From an uncultured Acidimicrobiia bacterium (GTDB lineage Bacteria; Acidobacteriota; Terriglobia; Versatilivoradales; Versatilivoraceae), in contig CAWBAT010000003.1 of the NCBI GenBank assembly GCA_963786955.1, positions 288,001-352,000 of the forward strand: a stretch of 64,000 bases of DNA, in the 5' to 3' direction. A program made the position numbers and the translations under genes. A model generated the notes under the pieces. The model was not told the DNA's origin. It did no database searches and saw nothing but the letters and a program-made list of their open reading frames with translations. Shown here one piece after another: positions 20,429-32,506 of this stretch (position 1 is the stretch's first letter; every line of letters starts with the position of its first letter).

Positions 20429-21266
20429 TCAAAGAATTCTCATGGAGGTCACCTTCGATTCAATGTTTCTTCTTGCCTTCTGACTTGCCTTGGGAACAAA
20501 TCGATAACCGACCCCGCGCACGGTCAGAAGGAATTTGGGTTTAGCAGGAATATCCTCAATATATCTGCGTAGCCTGACAATAAAGTTATCAATCGCGCGC
20601 GTATCCGTATCTTCATGCAATCCCCAGACCTCTTCAAGGATAGACTTGCGCGAGACCGTTTTCCCCAGGTGATGAACCAGGTGATGAAGCAAGCCTGCCT
20701 CCATTAAGGTTAACGGGATGATCCGGTTCCCCACTCGAATCTCCGGGATAGTAAAGTCAATCGTTTTTCCATCAAATTGAAACTGCTCCTGACCGGCTTC
20801 ACGTCCATACATGGACAGATTTCGGGAGAACTTTTTCCGAAGGGAGCCCCGTGGCATTTTCCTGGGCGGTCCTATCTAGATGGCTGCGCAAAAACCAGTG
20901 CTGACGGCGCAAGAGACCTCCCAATCTGGCCAGCAGGATGGTTAATTCAAAAGGCTTCGGCAAGTAATCATCAGCCCCCGCGGCGAAGCCCTGGAGTACG
21001 TCTTCCGGCCGCCCTCGGGCAGTCATGATGAGCACAGGAATAAAAAGCCCCGTTTTCCGAAGTTCGGAAACAACGGTGAATCCATCAATCCCGGGGAGCA
21101 TCACGTCGAGAAGAATCACATCAAAACGCTCGGGATTTGTCTTGATCGACTCTAGAGCTGTCTCGCCGTCTGCAGCGATTTCAACCTGATATCCTTCGGC
21201 TTCCAGGTTGAAACGCAATCCATTGGCAAGATGTTGTTCGTCTTCAACAATTAAAACCGCACTCAT
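20429..21266 (-). CDS. OmpR-family response regulator (frameshift ~20850)
   Basis: VEDE, LLDVMLP, GADDYLPKPF, TVRGVGY. Confidence 0.9.
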
Positions 21267-21407
21267 TGGATCTTATGTTTTTTCTCTCACGAACAAAAGG
21301 TCTGGAATAATTGGGTGGTACTTCGGGAACGGAAGTTGTTATGTTTCCAATTCGGCATTCCTTCCAACTCAGTGGGCGGGAAGGTAAAGTCCTGTCTCCC
21401 AGCTTGT

Positions 21408-22313
21408 TCATACTCTCGGTAGTTCGACTATAAAAGTACTTCCCATTCCAACGCCGGGGCTTTCAGCGAAAACCCGGCCTTTGTGTCGCTTGACAATGGA
21501 GCGGACGATGAAAAGACCTAAGCCAGTTCCTTTGATACGCTTCGATTCACGGCTGGTGACACGATGGAAGCGCTCTGAAGATACGCTTGAGTTGATCAGC
21601 TGGAATTCCAATGCCATTGTCGGTTAACTCGGATCACGGCATGGGTATTGTCGAGTGGGCCCGCCTCCACTGAGACTTGATTATTGTGCAGGGAATATTT
21701 GACGGCGTTATCTAACAGATTGGTGAGGACAGCTCGAAGTTCCTCGATGTCGCCCAGCACGACGGGGGGGTCTCCATCATCGGCCAATTCCTGATACACG
21801 AGAGATTTGTCATCGAGATGATATCGGGCTCGAGCCCAGTCGATACGCTCTTGAACCAGGGGGGCCGAGCGGGATTCGTTCTCGGTGGGCTGCCGTATTG
21901 CGATGAGTGAGCCTTCCGGCGCGCAACACCTGTTCGACAGTATGTAAGAGAAGGTCATTGTCGGCGAGCATGATATTGTAAAATTGTTGTCGCGTTTTCT
22001 CATCGACTTCGCGAGTCTTCAGGGTTTCCAGATAAAGGCGAATGGAGGTAATGGGTGTTTTCAGTTCATGGGTGACCGCGTTGATGAAACTGTCATGCTG
22101 CTCGTTGCGACGTATTTCCCTCACGAGGAATATCGTGTTGAGAATCAGACCGGCAATGATGGCGAAAAAAAAGATGATCCCCAGGACAAGAATCGCTACC
22201 TGCCGCCAATGCAGCACGGCCCACCCAACGTTAAGGGCGACCGCGAATGCGACCAGGCATGCCCCGAGGGCAATAAAGAAAATAATCGAACTTTTGCGAC
22301 TCGGCACTTGCAT
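21408..22313 (-). CDS. Sensor histidine kinase (frameshifted)
   Basis: Two TM segments, HELKTP H-box, NLLDNAVKYS, GTGLGL. Confidence 0.88.
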
Positions 22314-22446
22314 CCCCTTAATTCTAGGGGAAAGGGGGCTGGTGATCCTAACCGTAATATCAGAATCGATTTGAAATACTTTCAGGATTTTGACTAAGCT
22401 TTCCAAGAAAGGACCGACTAATCAACTTTCTTGAGCTCACAAACGG

Positions 22447-23695
22447 ATGCCTTCTAAGCCTGAATTAACCCATCTAGGAGAACGGCTGGCTGACCTTGGC
22501 TCACGCTTTGAAGAGAAGGCCAGGCCACGACCGGGTGAGGATGCCTCTACCCGAGGGCATGGACTTTTCAGGACTATCTATTGGAACCTTAAAGATTTGT
22601 TTACTCAGGGCGTCAGCAAAGAAGCCGTCCGGGATATGGTTCGCCGGGACGTGCGAGACACCTTTCGATTTTTCGCTCGAGATGTGGACTTCGTAGCGTT
22701 ACAGCGGTTGCCCTGGTATAAGAGATACTTTGTGACAGCCTGGAAATTTTTTCTGGTGCTCGCTTACCGTCTGAGTCCACCCCGCCGGATTGCTTTTGCT
22801 GATTGCGATGTTCGCTCTCCTGCTAGGCTGGGGTCCCGGCATAGGCGTCAACTCGGACGAGAATGGCACTCGCATTTCTCTGTTTGGTAATCCGGGCGGC
22901 GCCTATTGGCTGCTTTCCATTCTCATCTTCATTTCCTTGCTGTTTATGGAGCTGAAGGACAAACTGGACCTGAAGAGTGATCTCGAGATTGCCCGTGAAA
23001 TTCAGTTCGGCCTCATTCCCTCGAAACCGTTTGAGCAGGATCAGATTTCGATTCACTGCAGCATGCGTCCCGCGAACACCGTGGGTGGAGATTACTGTGA
23101 TATCGTTCATTTGGAAGAGCATCAAGTTGCTGTCGTACTAGGAGACGTTGCCGGGAAGGGCATGCCTGCTGCCCTTTTGATGGCTCTTCTTCAAGGGAGC
23201 TTGCGAACTCTGGTCACAGCTGGACTTCGCGGGAGCGAACTGATGACCAAGCTGAATCAGTATCTCTGCACGAGCATCCCGTCAAATAGCTTGATTACTC
23301 TCTTTTACGGGGAACTCAACACCGTGACCGGGGTCTTGCGTTTTGTCAACGCAGGCCACAACGCACCATTCGTGATTCGGAAACAGGGGGTGCTCGAACG
23401 GCTTCATTCCAATTCGGTCGTACTGGGAGTTCTGGAGAGTCCTGTATTTTTAGAATCTGAGACGACGATTGACTCCGGGGATCATTTATTACTATTTACC
23501 GATGGCATCACGGAAGCCTTCAATTTAGCTCAGGAAGAATATGGCGAAGCCAGATTAGGAGCTTTTCTTCAGCTAAATTCCAGGTTTTCCCAAGAGCAGT
23601 TGATTCAAGGTGTGTTGCAGGATGTCTTGGCTTTCTGCAAAGAGGTCAAACCAATTGACGATATGACAATGCTGTCAGCGAGACTAAAAGGTTAA
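22447..23695 (+). CDS. Membrane PP2C/SpoIIE-type phosphatase (frameshift ~22800)
   Basis: VGGDY, GDVAGKG, NAGH, TDGITEA, DDMT. Confidence 0.88.
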
Positions 23696-23848
23696 GGTGG
23701 AGCCAGGTCTCCTCCGGCGGTAAAATAGCATCTCCCCTCATTGGAGGGTGAATTGTGCGAAACCAAATTCCTTTGCAGTTAAGCTTAAAGTCCAACCAGC
23801 TGATGTCCGGGATCCAGTTGCGCGGGAGATACGATAAAATCCGAAAAG

Positions 23849-25301
23849 TTAGGCCAACATCTTGGGGACGACAGTGCCTTCCACATCGGTCAACCGGAAA
23901 TCCCTTCCCATGTGCCGGTAGGTCAGGCGGGTATGATCGAACCCAAGACATTGCATCATCGTCGCCTGCAGGTCATGAACGTGAACGGGGTCTTCGACAA
24001 TATTGAGACAGAATTCGTCGGTCTTCCCGACAACCTGCCCGCCTTTGACCCCACCACCCGCCAACCACATGCTGTAGGCATTGGGGTGATGATCGCGTCC
24101 TGCATTTTCAGTATCATCGGGTTTCCGGATTTCCACCATCGGAGTTCTGCCGAACTCTCCGCCCCATACAATCAACGTTTCATCCAGTAAACCTCTTTGC
24201 TTAAGGTCCTTGATGAGTGCAGCGGTTGGCTGATCGATCTTCTTGCAGCGCTTCGGAAGTTTCTTATTCAACTCCACATGGTCATCCCAACTGGCATCCA
24301 TCATCAGGATAAATCGGACCCCGCGTTCGATCATCCGACGCGCCAGTAGACAATTGGTGGCGTACTGTTTCAGATCATCATCAGGACTCGTCACGCCGTA
24401 CATATCGAGAATGCTCTTGGGCTCGTTCGCGAAACTGAGCAGATCGGGGGCTTCCATCTGCATCCGGAAGGCGAGCTCATAGGCTGAAATGCGGGAGGCA
24501 ATCTCCATGTCGCCGGTACTCAGATAGCGCTCATCATTAAGATCACGAATGGCGTTGAGAGCCAGCTTTTGGGAATCTGGATTGATCCCGGAAGGGTTGG
24601 ACAAGTAAAGGATCGGGTCTCCGCTATTGCGGAAAACCGTGCCCTGATAGTGGGATGGGAGAAATCCACTGGAGAAATTGCTGGCGCCTCCGCTGGTTCC
24701 AACGCCTGAGGTCAACACGACGAACCCGGGCAGGTTTTGAGATTCGCTCCCCAGCCCATAGACCGTCCAGGCACCCATCGTCGGGCGCCCGAACTGGATG
24801 GACCCGGTGAACAAGAGCAGCTGTCCGGGATGATGATTAAAGGCTTCCGTGTGCATGGAACGGACCAGGCAAATATCGTCCGCGCAGGATCCGAGTTGGG
24901 GCAAGCAGCTCGGAGAGTTCCACGCCGGATTTGCCATGAGGCTGAAACTTATAACGGCTGGCCATTACCGCAGCCGTCGGCTTGATGAAGGCCAGATTCA
25001 AGTCCTTGGTTAAGGAAGGGGGCAGGGATTGCCCATTGTATTTTTGCAAGGCGGGTTTCTCATCGAACAACTCGAACTGGCTCGGACCGCCCTTCCATGA
25101 ACATGAAGATGACATGTTTGGCCTTGGGCTGGAAAGTGAGGGATCTTTGGAGCCAGCGGATTGACGTTTGGAAGGGTGCTTGCGGCTGTCAGACCCTCCG
25201 CAGTCAATAAATCCGCTAACGCGAAAGATGCCTACACCCCCTGCGCAGTTCTGCAAGAAATTTCTTCGAGATTGAATTCGTCGGAACTGTTCCAAGTTCA
25301 T
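23849..25301 (-). CDS. DUF1501 family protein (frameshifted)
   Basis: SRRNFL, GGPSQ, GGEFGRTP, GRDHHP, DFRLTDV. Confidence 0.88.
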
Positions 25302-25306
25302 GGATA

Positions 25307-27928
25307 TTATTCCCTCGTTATAAATTCATCCAGATTCATGACAACGCGTCCTAAGCCCGCCCAGGCGGCGACTTCAACTTGCTCGGTTCCCGGGATGGGA
25401 TTCGGGGCCAGAATTTTTACGGCAGCGGGATCTTTCTCAAAAAGCACTCGTTGATCTTGATAAAAGCGAACTAGCCGATCATGCTCAGTCCTGCTTGGTT
25501 TTCGGTTCAGGCAGAATTCATAGACCGTGTCCAGGCGTCCCTCCCAGTTGTCCGGGCGCTTCCCTTAAGGTTCTTACTGCCAGCGATTGGGCGGCCTCGG
25601 TAAAGACGGGGTCATTCAGCAGATTCAGCGCCTGTAAGGGGGTATTGGAGCGGCGTCGTTCGAGTGGCGGCATTGTTAGCGTTCGGCTCATCAAAGTTGA
25701 CCAATTGCGGGTAGGGGGAGGTCCGTTGAAAATGGATATAGAGTCCGCGGCGATAACGATCTTTGCCTTGCGTCTCCTCCCACTTAGCATTTCCATAAGT
25801 GAGCTTGGTGACGCTTTCCGGCTGCGGAGGGCGGATGCTCGCGCCTCCGACCGTCGGATAGAGCAATCCACTGGCGGAGAGAGCGGCATCGCGGATGGCT
25901 TCCGCGCTGAGACGCAGGCGGTTTTGCCGGGCGAGCAGCGTGTTAGCGGGGTCCTTCTCTTTTAATTCCGGTCGGTCGTGGGATGATTGTCGATACGTTG
26001 CGGACATCACGATCAACTTGTGTGTCTGCTTTACACTCCAGCCACGGTCCATGAATTCGCTGGCCAGCCAGTCGAGCAACTCCGGGTGAGTCGGTTTGTC
26101 CCCTTGCAGGCCAAAATCATCCGATGTTCGAACAATTCCGCGACCGAAGAATTCCTGCCACATACGGTTTACGGCGACGCGTGCCGATAAAGGATTGTCG
26201 CGGGCTGACGATCCATTGCGACAATTTTAAACGCGGCGCTTGAGTCGATTTGGGAGGCGTGGGGAAAACTGCTGGAATTTCGGGCTGAACCTCAATCCCC
26301 GCTCTTCGGTAGTCTCCTCTGACGGCAATAAATGTCTTTGTGGACTCAGGATTCTGCGTGACAACATGAGCTTGGCTTAGTGAGGGGGATGTTTTTTCCA
26401 GATCCTGCAGCTTTTTCTGTAGATCCTTAAACTTTTCCCTCAACGGTTTGTCCTTGTCAGTCTCGGGTCCCGGGGACTGGACAAAGTAATCGGTTAGGTT
26501 ATCGTTTTCCTTCAGAGAGCGTTCACCGAGAGTTACGCCGCAGGATCGAGTCGACTGAGTCGATCATGGCTCGAATCGCAGTCACCTGGAAGTCCCAATC
26601 GAGATTCTTGCCAGGGGTGTCCATCGCCATGCGAAGTTTTTCTTCCCATCGCGCCTGAAGTTCAGGGGCACTAGAGTTCGGCGAGCAGCTCGTTCCTTTT
26701 CTTCCGGTATTCCGGTTGAGACTGGAGGTAGGGGCCCAATTCTCCGGCGACTGGGGCGTCAATCATCACGTCTTGGGTCTGATTCATGAACGCATACAGC
26801 TGGTAGAAGTCTTTCTGCGTGAGAGGATCATATTTGTGGTCATGGCACTGCGTGCAACCCACCGTCAGCCCAAGCCAAACAGTGCCAATGGTATTCGTGC
26901 GATCCACCAGCTCTTCGAATCGAGCCTCTTCACGCTTAACACCCGCTTCCCGGTTCTTTAACCCGTTGCGATTAAATCCGGTAGCCACTTTTTGCTCAAG
27001 CGTTGCATTAGGAAGTAAATCCCCCGCAATTTGTTCAACCGTAAACTGATTAAATGGCATATCTCGATTAAAGGCGTCAATCACGTATTGCCGCCAGCGC
27101 CACGCGTAAGGTCGAGGAAGATCTTTCTCGAATCCATCACTATCAGCGTATCGTGCCAGATCAAGCCATTGCCTGGCCCAGCGTTCGCCATAATGGGGAG
27201 AATCGAGCAGGCGATTGACCAGCCGCTCATAAGCGCCCGGCCGATTATCTATCAAAAAGGCACTGACCTCTTCCATGGTTGGAGGAAGTCCGATCAAGTC
27301 AAAACTAACGCGACGAATCAAAGTGATTTTGTCGGCTTCCGGACGAGGGAGCGATTCCTTCTGACTCTAACCTGGCCAATACAAATGAGTCGATGGGATT
27401 TCGTTATCCACGACTTGTCCCTTACCGTGGGTTCCTGCGGGCGGTGGACCGGCTGAAAGGACCAGTGCGATTTTCTTTCTGCCTGTGAAGGCTTTCGCGC
27501 AATCGCTCGGGTGGGGAGGTTCTCCGGCCAATGGTCCCCTGGTCGATCCAGGCTCTTAGAACGGCAATTTCGGAAGCTGTGAGCGAGTTCCCGGCTGGAG
27601 GCATCTTGAAACCCTCCTTGTCACTCGATACACGTTCGATTAACTTGCTCTGGGCGGCGTTGCCAGGCACTATAACAGGTCCTGAATAGCCGCCTTTGAG
27701 TGCATCTTCTTTCTTATCAAAGCGCAGCCCAACCATCTGGTTATCGGGACCATGACATTGGTAGCATTTTGTGTGAAAGATCGGCTCAATGTCTCTGGCA
27801 AAATCTGTCGTGTTTTCAAGGTTGGCAGGAGTGACTACAACTCCGGCAACCGTCGGGACAGCCCTCCAGAACAGGACCGTCATGAGAAGCATAATAAGGA
27901 GGGGAATGCGTGAGTATTGATAATTCAT
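25307..27928 (-). CDS. PSD1/planctomycete cytochrome c protein (DUF1549/DUF1553), multiple frameshifts
   Basis: [58 protein letters not shown]. Confidence 0.88.
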
Positions 27929-28194
27929 GTCCGGGTACCCTGAATGAAATCAATCAAATAACACAAGATTTTATGATAAACCACGAGCGCTCCGCGGACA
28001 AGATATACCTTCTCCAGATTCAGTTCTTCTTATCGACCCCAACCCGATATATTCTGTGATTTCATGAGACGAATGAATCATACTAAATAATTTGGTTTTT
28101 ATTGAGGCGGGAGAATATTCGGCTGAAAGCTGGGGGATCAATTCTTCCTCATTCAACTTTCGGTGATCTTCAAAATTGGGGAGAAAACAGAGAG

Positions 28195-28875
28195 ATGAAC
28201 CGGAGCACCGTCTTATTCGACCTGGATGGGACGCTCATAGATACCACCGAGCTGATCCTTCATTGCTTTGAACTTTCATGGAAAAAGGTATACGGGAGAA
28301 AATTGGATCGTCAGCGTTATCTTGCTACGATAGGAATTCCTTTACGCGAAGCGATGCGAATTCTCCTTAATGAGGAGCTTCAGGACCGAGGCAAATCGGA
28401 GTTCTGTTCCGACACACCTCTACTAGAAGCGTTGGTGCAGGAGTACCGAGCCTGCAATACAATCCATCACGACCACTTGGCAATGGCTTTTCCCGGAATC
28501 TCATCAACGGTATCCGAGCTCAAGAAGCGTGGTTACCAGATTGGGGTTGTTTCTTCAAAAACCAAAGAATTAGGGCTGAGGGGGATGAATCTTTTCGGAC
28601 TGGAAGATCTGATTGACGACGCTGTCTTCCTTGAAGACAGTGTTCGACATAAACCTCATCCGGAACCCTTGCTATTGGCACTCCAACGGTTCGGGATCTC
28701 TGAGAAACAGGCCGCCTACGTGGGAGACAGCCGGCATGATATGCAAGCTGGCAAGGCTGCCGGGATTTGGACCGTCGCGGCATTGTGGGGGCCCATCCCG
28801 CGAAAGGAACTTGAGCAGGAAAAACCCGATCAGTTGGCCGCAACTCCTTCCCAATTACTTGAAATCTTTACGTAA
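28195..28875 (+). CDS. HAD-IA hydrolase (PpaX-like)
   Basis: FDLDGTL, HKPHPEP, YVGDS..D. Confidence 0.9.
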   Translation: MNRSTVLFDLDGTLIDTTELILHCFELSWKKVYGRKLDRQRYLATIGIPLREAMRILLNEELQDRGKSEFCSDTPLLEALVQEYRACNTIHHDHLAMAFPGISSTVSELKKRGYQIGVVSSKTKELGLRGMNLFGLEDLIDDAVFLEDSVRHKPHPEPLLLALQRFGISEKQAAYVGDSRHDMQAGKAAGIWTVAALWGPIPRKELEQEKPDQLAATPSQLLEIFT

Positions 28876-29349
28876 ACAGGAATCGCTCGCCGAGCTCGCC
28901 TCACGGTAGGAAGCTTTGGCGAAACGCTTAGCACTTCATTTCAAAAATGAACTAAGGCAACTTCGAGCTGCCCGCGGGGAGACATTCAATGCCAAGCTCA
29001 GGATGTACGATCGGATTTTCCAAAGTGGAGATAGCTTATCCCTTGCCCGTGTCTATCTGTTATCAGTTATAGGGATTAGTAACACGACTTCAAGATTGAC
29101 TTTTCACATTTGCGTGAATAGTGTTTATCCGTTTCCGAACGGATATTATCCAACCGGAAGGCCGACAATCCGCAGGCTCCTCACGGCGCAATTCCTGATC
29201 GAGGGCCATGCACTCAGATGGAGTTGGCATCATCCGGCGAAGATCAAAGGCAGTCCTTCAGAATGCCTGATACAGGTGGTCGCGCTCCTGATCAGGAATG
29301 CCACTCTTCAGGCAGAGAATCAACCAATTTAGTAAGGAGAGAGATCAAT

Positions 29350-30513
29350 ATGCCTATGCGATTGCGGGTGATCGTGCTCGGCGCCGGTTTCGGGGGACTC
29401 GAGCTGACGACGATTCTTTCAGAGGCCTTCGGCGATGCAATCGACATCGTGCTTATCGACCGGAGCGAAGCGTTTGTCTTCGGCTTCTCTAAACTCGACG
29501 TCATGTTCGGACGGCGGATGCCAGCCGACGTGCGTCATCCCTACCGTGACATTGTCAAACCGGGCGTGCGGTTTCTGCAGTCCACGGTGCGGTACATCGA
29601 CCCAGCCGCGCGTCGTGTGGTGACTGACACTGGAACGTTTGAGGGGGACGTCCTGGTGGTGGCGCTCGGCGCCGACCTCGATCCGGCAGCCACTCCAGGG
29701 CTTGTGGAAGACGGCAACGAGTTCTACACGGTTGCGGGAGCGTTCGCATTGCGCGACGTGCTCCCGCGCTTCGAACGGGGCCCGGCCATCATCGGCGTGA
29801 CAGGGAAGTCGTTCAAGTGCCCTCCCGCCCCAAGTGAGGCTGCCCTGCTGCTGCACGATTACCTCACCGCTCGCGGGCGACGTGAGGCGACCGAAATCTC
29901 GGTCGTGATGCCCTTCGGGACGCCCATTCCCCCTTCGCCTGACACCTCGAAAGCGATTCTCGCTGCGTTCGCGGAGCGCGGCATCAGGTTTGTGAAGGAC
30001 AGCTTGGTGCAGGTGCTCGACCCGGGCAGGAAGGTGGCCGTGTTGAGCGACGGGACGGAGATGCCATACCAGTTGTTTCTCGGCGTGCCGGTGCATCGTG
30101 TGCCGCAGGTTGTCGTCGAGTCCAAGCTTGCCGCCGATGCCTATGGCTGGGTGCCGGTGAATAAGAAGACGCTGGAAACGAGCTTTCCCGGTGTCTACGC
30201 CATAGGCGACGTAAATGGCGTGGGCACACCCAAAGCGGGTGTGTTCGCTGAAGGCGCGGCGCGCGTCGTGGCAGCGGCGATCATCGCCCAGTCCCGCGGG
30301 GGCCCGTCACCCGGGCCCTACACCGGACAGGGCTCCTGCTATGTCGAGTTCGGACACGATTTGGTCGGGAGAGTTGACGTAGACTTCCTGACCGGTCCCA
30401 AACCCACGGGGACCTTCCAGGAGCCATCGGACGCACTGGTGGCCGAGAAGGCTTTGTTCGGATCGAGCCGGCTTCAGCGCTGGTTTGGGCATCCGTCGGC
30501 CACGGGCTGCTGA
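29350..30513 (+). CDS. FAD/NAD(P) oxidoreductase, sulfide:quinone oxidoreductase-like
   Basis: GAGFGG, KCPPAP, YAIGD, PKAG, CYVE. Confidence 0.8.
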   Translation: MPMRLRVIVLGAGFGGLELTTILSEAFGDAIDIVLIDRSEAFVFGFSKLDVMFGRRMPADVRHPYRDIVKPGVRFLQSTVRYIDPAARRVVTDTGTFEGDVLVVALGADLDPAATPGLVEDGNEFYTVAGAFALRDVLPRFERGPAIIGVTGKSFKCPPAPSEAALLLHDYLTARGRREATEISVVMPFGTPIPPSPDTSKAILAAFAERGIRFVKDSLVQVLDPGRKVAVLSDGTEMPYQLFLGVPVHRVPQVVVESKLAADAYGWVPVNKKTLETSFPGVYAIGDVNGVGTPKAGVFAEGAARVVAAAIIAQSRGGPSPGPYTGQGSCYVEFGHDLVGRVDVDFLTGPKPTGTFQEPSDALVAEKALFGSSRLQRWFGHPSATGC

Positions 30514-30591
30514 GCAGACGTTATCGAGGGGGTGGCTGGAGGCCTTCGTTCCGACCGCCGGTATCAATGCCCCCTCCCAGGTTCGTCAGAC

Positions 30592-31477
30592 TCAAATCCG
30601 AGAAAGGGGTTCTTCTTTCCCCCCCGTAAATAGTGAACGAAGCGCCGAGCTTGCCATTCGCCCCGCCGCGCGCATTTTGTCTCCCAACGTGAAGCTTTGC
30701 GCGCGGCCGTTCGCGCGGACGATCAGCACCGTGACGTCATCGCCAGACAGATTCTCTGGATATCTCTCGGCGATTTCGCCAAGCAGCATGTCAATCAATT
30801 CTTCAGGCTTAACGTCACCTAGCAATTTCAGAATACGCAGCACACCCTCCTCGCCGAGCTTTTCTCCATCGGCGTCGCTCGATTCAATCAGCGCGTCAGT
30901 ATACGTTAGTAAGCAATCGCCCGGCTCAAGTTCGACGTCGAAATGCTCGTATTCCGTGATGACTCAAGATTCCGAACGGCAAATTCGACGGCCCGGGCAA
31001 GCGAGGGGAATCTTCCTGACCCAGTAAGCTCCATTCTTGTTGGGAAGTCCGATAGAGAATCGGGCGAGGATGTCCCGCGTTGCACAGAATCAGCCTTCGG
31101 CTGGGAGCAAAAAACGTGCTGATGATCGCCGTGGCGAACGTTCCCTTTTTTGACAGGGCGGAGAATTGCTGATTCAACAAACGCACGAACTCCGCCTGAT
31201 CCCAACGATTGACAAATCGCCGCATCAGCATTCGGAGATCGGCGGCAATCGAGGCAACCGACGTTCCGTGCCCGGAGACGTCGGCCAGCAGCAAGCGGCT
31301 GATCCGGCCTGCCGCGCAGCTCGAGGCGTAGTAAACGTCGCCGCCGCGCTGTGCCTGTCCATGCGGCTTGCTGTAGACCCAGGCGTCCAGCCCGCCGAAG
31401 ACGACACCCCGGGTCGTCAGTTGGCTGCCGCCCCATACTTCCATGCATTTCATTTGTTGCTCGGGTGAATCGCTCAT
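30592..31477 (-). CDS. PP2C/SpoIIE-type phosphatase (frameshift ~30960)
   Basis: CMEVWGG, GGDV, ADVSGHG, NAGHP, YTDALIE, DDVT. Confidence 0.85.
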
Positions 31478-31855
31478 GGGGACATTATACGAGCCTTCGA
31501 GCCTCCAGCGCAATCCGCTGAGCGGCAAATAATCCGTCGAGAACGAACCCGGTGATTTCGCTGGAAATCCCACCGGTACTGTCTCCGCCGGAAGCAAATG
31601 AGACCGGTTCCTTTGGATTGGCCTGCATGGTCGGCCGTCCGGAAGCTACTTTTTTCTCGCAGATCATGCGGCTCGTAACTTCCGGTTACGCCGTGATCCG
31701 TCCAGTAGGTCAACATTCACCAACCCGATCTCGTATGCCAAGAAAATCGAAAGGACTGATACCGCCACAGCTTTTAGTCTCGCCTTCAGTGATGACCGCA
31801 ATTGGGCTCGGTCAAATTCCGGCTACGTTACATCGGAACAAGACTCAGACCTGTT

Positions 31856-31956
31856 CAACAGGCGAGCCCAATCCATTCCGATCCTCCCCTCTTAAACGAT
31901 GCAGTTGAGTCGAAATCTTAGGCCATATCAGAAGATGGGAAAAGGAAATTTGAGCG
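31856..31956 (-). mobile_element. Truncated IS left-end remnant (inverted partner of 36456-36558)
   Basis: ~100-bp inverted similarity; reads MDWARLL leftwards. Confidence 0.6.
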
Positions 31957-32506
31957 TGAAGGCGGGAAGCTGTAAGCGATGGCTTGTCAATTCGTTCGAG
32001 TTTTTGACCAAACGGGGGAAGAGATAGGTTAGCGCAAGTGAGGAAGTTGCAGAGTTGAGAATTCACTGGGCGTTTACCAACCATTCGAACCGGGGAATTA
32101 GTCAGTAGTTAAGAAGAATGACCCGGTGCAGTGTTATCGGTTGACGGTCTGGATTCCTGCCCCTCCTTTTAATAGTCGGCAACCTAATTTGGGGACCTAA
32201 TACGCTCCCGAAAGTCGTAGCGTTCTGTGGGGATTTGATCTGACCCAAGAAGAGCTTGTGCATCAGGGGTACTGTCAACTTGGCGTCGTTGAAGTGAGGT
32301 TGGAACGGTTTGTGGCTGACCTCCGAATTCATCAGGGGCAGGTTACCTCTTGCCAAACAAGGAAGGAGCGAGATCGTAAGAGGCGCGGTTGGCTGCTCCC
32401 CGCAGGTTTGACTTGGCTCACCTGGGGAGCGCAGTCACCGTTAGAATCGGTCAAAATATCAATTCGCCATGGACACCTTAAGCGGGAGTACTATGAGGAA
32501 GTTTCT

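Noticed and set aside
19263-27928. Many frameshifts as programmed frameshifting or mass pseudogenisation
   Set aside because: They hit unrelated genes with intact motifs, often near homopolymers, so long-read indel errors are more likely. Read polishing would settle it.
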